Below, piece after piece: positions 56,953 to 64,000 of a stretch of 64,000 bases of DNA. The position numbers and the translations under genes were made by a program. Origin of the DNA: an uncultured Candidatus Saccharibacteria bacterium (lineage in GTDB: Bacteria; Patescibacteriota; Minisyncoccia; Phycocordibacterales; CAIRYW01); assembly GCA_964446625.1 (NCBI GenBank), contig CAYUPH010000002.1, forward strand, positions 69,743 through 133,742, read 5' to 3'. How positions within the stretch are numbered: the stretch's first letter is position 1; each line of letters begins with the position of its first letter. Under the pieces are notes generated by a model. That model ran no database searches, was not told the origin of the DNA, and saw only the letters and a list, made by a program, of their open reading frames with translations.

Positions 56953-58773
56953 TTATACCTGTCCTGTCGTACTTTGGGTATGATAAAGTTCAAAGAATTT
57001 TGATTCCTTATCTTTAGATAATTCTTTGAAAGACCCTTCTTCTACTATTTTACCCTGCTCGAAGACGATTATTCGGTCAGTATTTTTAAGAGTTGAAATT
57101 CTATGAGCAATGCTAATAACTGTTTTATCTCCGAGCTGTTCTTCAAAAGACTTGAGTATAGCTGTTTCCGTCTTACTGTCGAGCGAACTAGTTGATTCAT
57201 CAAAAATAAGAATTTCTGGATCTTTATAAATTGCACGTGCAATACCGATTCTTTGACGCTCACCACCTGAGAGTCTATACCCTTTTTCACCAATAAGAGT
57301 ATCCTCTCCTTCGGGTAATTTTGAAATCAGGTCAGAAAGAGCAGCAACATGAACAGCTTTATTGAACAAATCTTGATCAAAAGTTCGCATAAGGGTGATA
57401 TTTTCTTTAAGTGAAAGATTAAACATTTCTGAATCTTGAAGCACTAAAGCCATGTGCTTTGTCACATCATCATGGTCAATAGTATTAAAATCTCTTCTTC
57501 CTACACTGTATGTGCCCTTTTGAAAATCATAAAGACCAATGAGAATCTTTGCAAAAGTGGACTTACCACTTCCTGATCGTCCAACGACACCAATCTTTTC
57601 ATGCTTATGTATGGAAAGATTTATATTATGAAGAGATCCCTCCGCTTCTTTATTACTATCCTCTTTATAAGAAAATGAGGCATCGCTAATTTTAATACTC
57701 TCCCAGTCAGATGGAAATTTTTCATTACCCCGATTAGATAATTCATTACTCCAAAAAATAGGCATCATTCGTGCAATACTCACTTTAGCGTTCATTAAAT
57801 CATCAACCACTCCAGTTGCTTCACCCATTGATCCGTTTAATTTTTGGAAATACGTATAAACAATAAAAAAAGATCCCAAACTCATCGTACCGATAACAAA
57901 ATTATGCCCTGCAATAAGTAAGTTGGTACCAACCGCAAGAGCATTAACAATTTGGAATGATTGCCATTTCAGATTCGATAGATTTATCCTCCTTATAGAA
58001 AAATCTCTTGAGGATTCTTCTTGTACAGTAATCCCTTGCTTAAAATCATTCTTTACTCCTAATGTTTTAATAGTAAGCACATTAGAAAGACCCTCATAAT
58101 ATGTACCCGAAGCTTTTTCAAGAGCTTTATTTGCTTCGATTGCAAGTTCAATCTGGCGTTTATAAAAATAAATTTGAACACCTAAAAAAAGGGCTATGTA
58201 TAGAATGCCAAAAATAAAAAAATTAGTGCCGAAAAAGAAAAAGGAGCTGAGTACGCCTACAACTGTGACAATCTGCCCATAGAGCCCATTACCTGTACCA
58301 CTTAGTATACCTTGAAGACTTTTGAGAGTATCACTGCCCGCTTGAATTTTTTGGATCTTATTACCTGTATTTTCACTGTCATGCCACTTCAGTGAAAAAT
58401 CAATTAAACGTTGGAAACCTTTTACTCGGGTTGTGTACGTTACCTCTGATTGAATATTTGCTAAATTTCTTTTTGCGGCAAGTCTGATTTGAGAAACTAC
58501 TCCCCATGTAATAGAAAGTGTTGCAACATAAACATAAAAGACCTTAAGTGAATCTCCGGGTTTGTATGAAGTAAAAAAATCAACTATCTTTCCTACTAAA
58601 AACGCCGGAACAAGATCATAAAAAAGTACAATAATAATAACTATTGTCCAAAAAACATATCGCTTTCTCTTTTCTTCGAGTAGAAAAAAGAAAGCTTTAA
58701 GCATCTTGCCCCAACCAAATTCCTTATCTTCTGGTTGTGGTACCCTACCCCTACCCATAGTGTTAGATTTCAT
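56953..58773 (-). CDS. ABC exporter, fused TMD + NBD
   Basis: Six TMs, GRSGSGKST, LSGGERQR, DESTSSLD, AHR. Confidence 0.93.
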   Translation of the reverse strand: MKSNTMGRGRVPQPEDKEFGWGKMLKAFFFLLEEKRKRYVFWTIVIIIVLFYDLVPAFLVGKIVDFFTSYKPGDSLKVFYVYVATLSITWGVVSQIRLAAKRNLANIQSEVTYTTRVKGFQRLIDFSLKWHDSENTGNKIQKIQAGSDTLKSLQGILSGTGNGLYGQIVTVVGVLSSFFFFGTNFFIFGILYIALFLGVQIYFYKRQIELAIEANKALEKASGTYYEGLSNVLTIKTLGVKNDFKQGITVQEESSRDFSIRRINLSNLKWQSFQIVNALAVGTNLLIAGHNFVIGTMSLGSFFIVYTYFQKLNGSMGEATGVVDDLMNAKVSIARMMPIFWSNELSNRGNEKFPSDWESIKISDASFSYKEDSNKEAEGSLHNINLSIHKHEKIGVVGRSGSGKSTFAKILIGLYDFQKGTYSVGRRDFNTIDHDDVTKHMALVLQDSEMFNLSLKENITLMRTFDQDLFNKAVHVAALSDLISKLPEGEDTLIGEKGYRLSGGERQRIGIARAIYKDPEILIFDESTSSLDSKTETAILKSFEEQLGDKTVISIAHRISTLKNTDRIIVFEQGKIVEEGSFKELSKDKESKFFELYHTQSTTGQV

Positions 58774-58781
58774 TTTAAATT

Positions 58782-59975
58782 TTATAGATTCTTAAAGATA
58801 GTATGCATTTCTTCTGAAATCAAGCTCCAGCTGTATTTTTGTCTTACCATCTCGAGGGCATTTCTTTTTATTTTTGTTACCAAATCCTCGTCTTTCATTA
58901 GTCTTTGAACTGCCTCAGCTACTGTCTCTGGGTGTTTAGGAGACGCAAAAAGACCAGTTTCGCCATCCTTTAAGAAGTCACCAATTCCCCCTACTTCGCT
59001 GGCAATACAAGGAAGACCTGTCGCCATAGCCTCTATATACGAATTTCCAAACCCTTCCGAGTGTGGTGTTCGAATAAATACATCAGAAGCTTTAAGTAGT
59101 AGCGGTAAATCTTTGTGTGAAATAAAACCAAGAAACCGGACCCTCTCTTCGAGTCCCAGAAGGAGCGCCTGCTCTTTTAAGTTTTGAAAAAGTGGACCGT
59201 TTCCTGCAATATAAAAAACAACTTCTTTTGGTAAAAGCGGAAGGGCTGATATAACATTTGCAATATTGTTTTTCTCTACAAGGCGAGATGTAGTAATAAG
59301 AGAAATCTCCCCCTCCTTTTTTCCTATCCTTTTTTTCTCTGCATTTATCTCATCTTCAGTATATGCGCGGGTAAAAAAATCAACATCCACGCCATTTGGA
59401 ACAACAATCACAGGACACTTCGCATTCATTTCGTGCGCAAAGCGAGCAAGGTAGTTTGAGATAGTTTGGATAGTGTCCGCATATGTAAAAATATGATTGT
59501 AAATTCCACCAGAGAGTGCTGCTCTTTTTTTGATATAAGAAATCGGGTCCCCTTCTTGCAGGGTAAGCAAAAACTTTTTTCGCGGAAGGAGCATCTTCAA
59601 AAAAAGAGCAGCAAATGCTTGGTAAGACGCAAGTAAGCTCCAAAAAATATCGTACCTCTTCTTTCGCATAAGGAGGAGTGCTTTTATGCTTGCCGTTATT
59701 GGCATGAGGTATTTATTTAAATTTATGACCGGAGGAATATTTTCGGCAGAAATATTTTGAAACCACGGCAAAGTGAATCCAACCCGATAGACATTTACTT
59801 TTCCAATTCTTTCAAAGCGAGGAAGCGCTGCATCAAGGCGAAGTGTCACCATGTCAAATTCAATTTCATCCCCTAGCCTATCTGTAATCTCTTTTACGGC
59901 AACCTCCGCACCCCCCACAAAACGCGGGTAGTAGACTAGAGAAAATATGAGGACTCTTTTCTTTTGCTTTTCCAT
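58782..59975 (-). CDS. GT4 glycosyltransferase
   Basis: GGAEV, PNGVD, EGFGNSYIEAMA. Confidence 0.92.
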   Translation of the reverse strand: MEKQKKRVLIFSLVYYPRFVGGAEVAVKEITDRLGDEIEFDMVTLRLDAALPRFERIGKVNVYRVGFTLPWFQNISAENIPPVINLNKYLMPITASIKALLLMRKKRYDIFWSLLASYQAFAALFLKMLLPRKKFLLTLQEGDPISYIKKRAALSGGIYNHIFTYADTIQTISNYLARFAHEMNAKCPVIVVPNGVDVDFFTRAYTEDEINAEKKRIGKKEGEISLITTSRLVEKNNIANVISALPLLPKEVVFYIAGNGPLFQNLKEQALLLGLEERVRFLGFISHKDLPLLLKASDVFIRTPHSEGFGNSYIEAMATGLPCIASEVGGIGDFLKDGETGLFASPKHPETVAEAVQRLMKDEDLVTKIKRNALEMVRQKYSWSLISEEMHTIFKNL

Positions 59976-60104
59976 TAGTCTTCTATTATCTCATATTCCT
60001 CCGCGCTTGAAAGCTGTCTATTTTTAGCAAATACATCGTCAAAATAAACCACCCCGAGAATGCCACAAAGTATGACAAACCCTGCTGCTGCATAAAACCA
60101 CATA

Positions 60105-62051
60105 CTACTTAATATCAAGAATACGCCTCAAAACTTCCTCTGGAACTTCTTTGTGCGGTGCACTTTTCTCCCCCTCTACCACCTTTTTCTCTTCTACTAT
60201 CTTTTCTTCTGGCGCTTCAACCTTCTCCTTTATGTGCACTTTCTCTTCATATGAAATTTTTACTTCCTCTTTTGCTGGCTCAATTTTTGGAGTTTCTCCC
60301 TCTCTTTTTTCCTCATCTTTCAGAGGGGTACCCGTAATCATTGCAAGAGCTTCTCTAAGACCTGAGAGATGTTCTTCTGTCGGAGCTTTTTTGTCTTTTG
60401 TGTCTTGTAGTTTTCCTGTTTGTCTAAGATAACTAAGGGACACAGCTCTTCGTAGAGCTTTCTCTCTTTCATTTGCTGCTTCCTTTTTACCGAGGGGCGC
60501 TTGTGTTTGCTGTAGCGCATTTGAAACACTGTGGGTCGTTACTTTGGAATGTGCAACAATTTTTGTTGGGTTTGGGTAGTTCCCTTCTCTATGTACTTCA
60601 CCTTGGTGTACTCTGGGCGCAGAAAACTCCCTTCCTCCTCCACTATTTTGTTTCGGAGGAGTATGATTTCTGTCACCCGAAAGAACAGCTTGAAGCGCGA
60701 GGTCAATTGGACTTTTTTTACTATCTCTCTTTGTTTCTGCTACGGAAAATGATTGTTCCTCATGCCACCTCCTAATCGCATCCTCAACTTCCGCACGAGG
60801 GCGTGCAAATGTGTCTCGAGAATACTGCACCACATCTTCGTGGAAAATTTTTGGTGGAAGAGGCACAGGTGGAAGCGTTGTTGCGGAAAAAGGCCTCGAG
60901 CTCACTCCGTCAATCATGAGCTTGAGATATACCTGTGCAAAACCAAGATTTACCAAGTCCTCTGCTGTGAAGTTCGGCGCAAATTCTTTTTCGAGAACCT
61001 CTGCATCATAAGCCCCTACTCGAAAAGTAATCATAGTCCCCACGTTTCCAAAAACCGCAGCACGCACTTCTTCTGTCATTTGCTCAATATACTGGTGCGC
61101 AACAGTAAGATTTAATTTGTACTTTCGGGCTTCGGAGAGAATATCCGCAAAGCTCTCGTTCGCAAAGTTTTGAAACTCGTCCACAAAAAGATAGAAGTTC
61201 GGCAAAAGTTTTAGCTCCTCATCTCTCTTATCCGCACGACTCATCGCTGCAAGGTATATTTTTGTAATAAGCATTCCTCCAAGAAGGTTTGCATTTGCCT
61301 CACCTACCCTTCCTTTTGAGAGGTTAATGATAAGAATTTTCCCCTCGTCCATTATCTTTCGGATATCAAAAGTAGACTTTGGCTGACCTATAATATTTCG
61401 AATAAGAGGGTTTGAAATAAATTGTCCAATCTTGTTTTGAATCGCAGCACCCGCTTCTTGCATGTAGTTCTTGCCATATTTTGCAAACTCGTCTAGCCAA
61501 AAACTTTTTACAGCAGGGTCTGTCACATACTCAATCACTTTGTTGCGGTACGCTTCGTCCGCAAGCATTCTGTTTACCCCAATAATTGTTGACTCTGGGT
61601 ACTCGAGAAGAGCAAGAAGAATGTTGTTTAGAATATATTCCATTCGAGCACTCCACGCATCCACCCAGATTTTCTTGAAAGCAGCCATAAGTCCGTTTGC
61701 AACAAGGTGCCTTTTATCTGCTCCTACATCCTCAAGCACATTAAAAGAAATCGGATAATCCAAATCAAAGGGAGCAAAGTAGAGAACATCCTTTACTCTT
61801 TCTTCAGGAATATAATCAAGAAGGAGGTCCGCAGTCTTTCCGTGGGGATCAATAAATGCAAGTCCATGACCATTTTGAATATCCTGAACTGCAAGATTCT
61901 CAAGAAGGGTAGATTTTCCCATTCCTGTTTTTCCAATTATGTACACATGCCTGCTTCTGTCTTTTGTTTTTATACCAAAACGAAGACACTTATTTCGAGC
62001 GTCAGTTTCCGCAAAATATATTACTTTTTCCGGATCCTCATGTACTGCCAT
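60105..62051 (-). CDS. VirD4/TrwB/HerA-like P-loop ATPase with disordered C-terminal tail
   Basis: HVYIIGKTGMGKS, IDPHG, LFVDEFQNF, SEARKY, AHQY; start set at ATG 62051. Confidence 0.9.
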   Translation of the reverse strand: MAVHEDPEKVIYFAETDARNKCLRFGIKTKDRSRHVYIIGKTGMGKSTLLENLAVQDIQNGHGLAFIDPHGKTADLLLDYIPEERVKDVLYFAPFDLDYPISFNVLEDVGADKRHLVANGLMAAFKKIWVDAWSARMEYILNNILLALLEYPESTIIGVNRMLADEAYRNKVIEYVTDPAVKSFWLDEFAKYGKNYMQEAGAAIQNKIGQFISNPLIRNIIGQPKSTFDIRKIMDEGKILIINLSKGRVGEANANLLGGMLITKIYLAAMSRADKRDEELKLLPNFYLFVDEFQNFANESFADILSEARKYKLNLTVAHQYIEQMTEEVRAAVFGNVGTMITFRVGAYDAEVLEKEFAPNFTAEDLVNLGFAQVYLKLMIDGVSSRPFSATTLPPVPLPPKIFHEDVVQYSRDTFARPRAEVEDAIRRWHEEQSFSVAETKRDSKKSPIDLALQAVLSGDRNHTPPKQNSGGGREFSAPRVHQGEVHREGNYPNPTKIVAHSKVTTHSVSNALQQTQAPLGKKEAANEREKALRRAVSLSYLRQTGKLQDTKDKKAPTEEHLSGLREALAMITGTPLKDEEKREGETPKIEPAKEEVKISYEEKVHIKEKVEAPEEKIVEEKKVVEGEKSAPHKEVPEEVLRRILDIK

Positions 62052-62054
62052 TTC

Positions 62055-62089
62055 ATATAAGTATAAAGTAAAAAGACTAAAGTATAAAG
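62055..62089. repeat. Degenerate heptamer tandem repeat (TATAAAG-like x5)
   Basis: atataag tataaag taaaaag actaaag tataaag. Confidence 0.6.
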
Positions 62090-62127
62090 GAGAGGAAATA
62101 AAAAAGTAGGGATGTTTCCCTACTATA

Positions 62128-62568
62128 TTAAGCCCTGGACTTAAGTCGAAAATGTCTCCTCGCGTCTTCTGTTGCCTTCTGCTGTTCAAGCCAATCAGCA
62201 ACTGCAAAGGATGGAGGATTATTCGCACCGAATATAAATTCAACAAATTGAGCATGTTCCATCATTCGCGCAGAAAGGGCAAATTCCATCATTTGAATTA
62301 TTGCCAAATCAGCATTTTCGTGAGAAGTAACAATGTTATTACACATTGCTCCAGTATGAGTAAGGCAAGTGTGCGCTGCCATTACCATAATACCCACAAT
62401 TCTTCCTTTTTCTCTTGCAGTTATGATCCTAGAGCGCTGCAAGATATCCGTTATGCTCAGGACATTATGTTCCCTCACCTGGCTATGGAGAAGCCGGAGC
62501 AAGTGATTGATTGTAGCTACGTCAGCAGGAGTTACCTCTTCCAAAAAACCGATCAAAAAAGAGCTCAT
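62128..62568 (-). CDS. Divergent GNAT-fold-like ORFan
   Basis: D...INHLL.LL, IITARE.GRIVG, NNIVT pattern; canonical acetyl-CoA RxxGxG motif not evident. Confidence 0.55.
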   Translation of the reverse strand: MSSFLIGFLEEVTPADVATINHLLRLLHSQVREHNVLSITDILQRSRIITAREKGRIVGIMVMAAHTCLTHTGAMCNNIVTSHENADLAIIQMMEFALSARMMEHAQFVEFIFGANNPPSFAVADWLEQQKATEDARRHFRLKSRA

Positions 62569-62604
62569 AAGAGCCTAATAATACATACCACTTTTTGAAT
62601 GTCA

Positions 62605-62634
62605 AAATAAAAAACCTCGGGTGGTACCAGAGGT
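62605..62634 (-). repeat. 30-bp direct repeat copy 1 (terminator hairpin)
   Basis: aaataaaaaacctcgggtggtaccagaggt, identical to 63089-63118. Confidence 0.95.
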
Positions 62635-63038
62635 TAACGACGACCAATCCATTTTAATCTTTTCCAACTAGAAAAGTTAAACTGAAATAGGCTATCTAAA
62701 TCCCATAAATCAGCTCGGCCGAGCGGAAAATTTTTATCAAAGATTTCACGATCGAAGCCAAGAATAAATCGTCTTCCTTCGTGCACAATTGGTTCGTGGT
62801 ATACCAAAAATAAGGGTTGTCCCTGTATTTTGGTTATCTCTGGCTGTAAGCCAATCCCCCATGCATAGCTGAGGGGAAAAGTGACCGAAAATGGGGAGTC
62901 TGCGACCCTAACCTCAACTGGTTCACAAGACTCAAGCTCAGCATGAGAAATATTCGGTCTCCTTCCCACAAACCAACCTTGCTCATTCAACATTTTGAAT
63001 CCGTCTGGAAGTGACATTAAGAAGCGCTGCAGTATCAT
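62634..63038 (-). CDS. ORFan (134 aa) between the two 30-bp repeats
   Basis: Promoter TTTACT-17-TATTAT upstream; stop codon abuts repeat copy 1. Confidence 0.65.
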   Translation of the reverse strand: MILQRFLMSLPDGFKMLNEQGWFVGRRPNISHAELESCEPVEVRVADSPFSVTFPLSYAWGIGLQPEITKIQGQPLFLVYHEPIVHEGRRFILGFDREIFDKNFPLGRADLWDLDSLFQFNFSSWKRLKWIGRR

Positions 63039-63088
63039 AAAGAAGAGTTGTTCTAGAATTTCATAATACCTTTTTTAAAAAATAAAGT

Positions 63089-63118
63089 AAATAAAAAACC
63101 TCGGGTGGTACCAGAGGT
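63089..63118 (-). repeat. 30-bp direct repeat copy 2 (terminator hairpin)
   Basis: Identical to 62605-62634. Confidence 0.95.
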
Positions 63119-63510
63119 CAGAAACGGTCAGAAATCGTTATAAGGAGAAAACGATCTAAACCGTGAAAATGAAAGATGATGTTTGCGTCTGCAAGGTGTT
63201 CGCGTCTTTCGGAGAACGCGATCGTTGTTAATACAACTACTTTCTCCTGAACAAATTTAGCCCAATCGACTCCATCGATCACCACCCTCTTCCACCCAAT
63301 CACGTGGAGCACTTCAATAATCGATGTCATCACTTCACAGAGATTGCCTATTACATAGACACCCATCTCAATGAGCGACGCACTTTCTTGAACATCGACA
63401 TCTAGGACTTTTTTTGTTCGGGTTCTATTGATAGCACGAACACCTCTCTTTCCACACGCGGCGCAGAACACCAGTGGTATGTTTACCACGCTGTAATGTC
63501 CTTTTTTCAT
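63118..63510 (-). CDS. ORFan (130 aa)
   Basis: TATTAT 8 nt upstream of ATG; stop codon abuts repeat copy 2; one CxxC. Confidence 0.6.
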   Translation of the reverse strand: MKKGHYSVVNIPLVFCAACGKRGVRAINRTRTKKVLDVDVQESASLIEMGVYVIGNLCEVMTSIIEVLHVIGWKRVVIDGVDWAKFVQEKVVVLTTIAFSERREHLADANIIFHFHGLDRFLLITISDRF

Positions 63511-63543
63511 CTAAAAAGATAATACTACTTTTTCAAAAACTTC

Positions 63544-64000
63544 CTACCCCTCTTTTAGAGCTCCTGTTGTATAAGTGTTTCCCGCATCCCAGAGGAGCCA
63601 GCAATTTAGCCCTACATCATAAGTTGACTGTATTTGAGCTCTCACCATTTGAGCAGTATAAGTCGCTCCTAAATTAAAGTCTTGTATCCACGAGCAGAGT
63701 TTCTTTGGCTCTATTGAAGCCTCTGTCGCTTTTTGTACAGCACCTGCCATAGCGATTTTGACAACTTCTCCTGGGTGGTCTGCAGGATTTTTAAAACCAT
63801 TCCAGGTTGCTGGGTAGTGTGACGGATACACCATTGGGTATACATAGTCAAAATTCTGAAGTGCCACCTCTAATTTCTGACCAATATTTAAATCATCATC
63901 ATTTGTAGTTGTCATACCAAATAGGTCTGCCGATATAACTGGTTTCCCTTCCTCGATATTACTTCGAAGGTAGGAAAAGAAGTTTCCGAGGTTTTCTACT
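63544..64000 (-). CDS. Putative glycoside hydrolase (DUF4015-like), 3' part
   Basis: ISADLFG, IGQ, DYVYPMVYPSHY, WIQDF, WLLW.AGN.Y; reading frame continues to the window edge. Confidence 0.8.
   Translation of the reverse strand, partial: VENLGNFFSYLRSNIEEGKPVISADLFGMTTTNDDDLNIGQKLEVALQNFDYVYPMVYPSHYPATWNGFKNPADHPGEVVKIAMAGAVQKATEASIEPKKLCSWIQDFNLGATYTAQMVRAQIQSTYDVGLNCWLLWDAGNTYTTGALKEG

Noticed and set aside
975-61758. Many 60-190 aa ORFs antisense to or out of frame within identified genes
   Set aside because: They overlap well-supported genes and show the Phe/Ser/Leu-rich composition of shadow frames
60105-62051. Conjugative element suggested by the VirD4-like ATPase (and radC as a mobile-element marker)
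   Set aside because: No relaxase, VirB genes, integrase or att sites; both genes sit among chromosomal genes, and such ATPases are common in Patescibacteria
20668-62255. N-terminal extensions in the ORF track (gatB to 22221, murB to 32204, ATPase to 62255)
   Set aside because: They overlap other genes or regulatory structure and lack homology-like sequence; internal ATGs fit promoter spacing and family starts better
62605-63118. 30-bp direct repeat as a CRISPR array or integron attC
   Set aside because: Only two copies with a 454-bp gene-containing spacer and no cas genes; too short for attC, no RYYYAAC/GTTRRRY pair, no intI in the window
1-64000. Alternative genetic code (UGA=Gly as in Gracilibacteria/Absconditabacteria)
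   Set aside because: Conserved genes are full length under code 11, and TGA terminates genes at expected positions (e.g. rpiB)

Overview
Low-GC (roughly 35-40% by eye) bacterial chromosomal window, most likely Patescibacteria/CPR (Parcubacteria-like). The inference rests on the N-terminally truncated PheS, PheT lacking the B2 domain, short EF-Ts, split transketolase, coiled-coil lytic transglycosylase, stand-alone VirD4/HerA-like ATPase and scarce Shine-Dalgarno sites. Housekeeping content: pheT/pheS, tRNA-Thr(UGU), tsf-rpsB-prfA-rpmE2-rplY, a sugar-phosphate cluster (fba, pfkB, tkt N/C, rpe, rpiB, gap), gatB, obgE, MYG1, ABC transporters, secA, murB/C/D and radC. A ~19 kb surface-glycan locus spans 32.4-51.7 kb. 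No CRISPR array, transposase, integrase or rRNA was seen. The most unusual signals are non-coding. (1) Upstream of murB there is a candidate riboregulator: a separately promoted and terminated ~84-nt RNA with 13-nt perfect complementarity to the loop region of a leader hairpin that encodes a 19-aa uORF ending just before murB. (2) Accessory gene modules are bracketed by duplicated terminator hairpins of an AAAAACCTC...GAGGT family. (3) There are several self-contained promoter-ORFan-terminator units, including a high-GC stand-alone IMP cyclohydrolase. (4) An unannotated 29-aa histone-H1-like peptide sits behind a structured leader. All calls come from reading the sequence; no database searches or folding programs were run.
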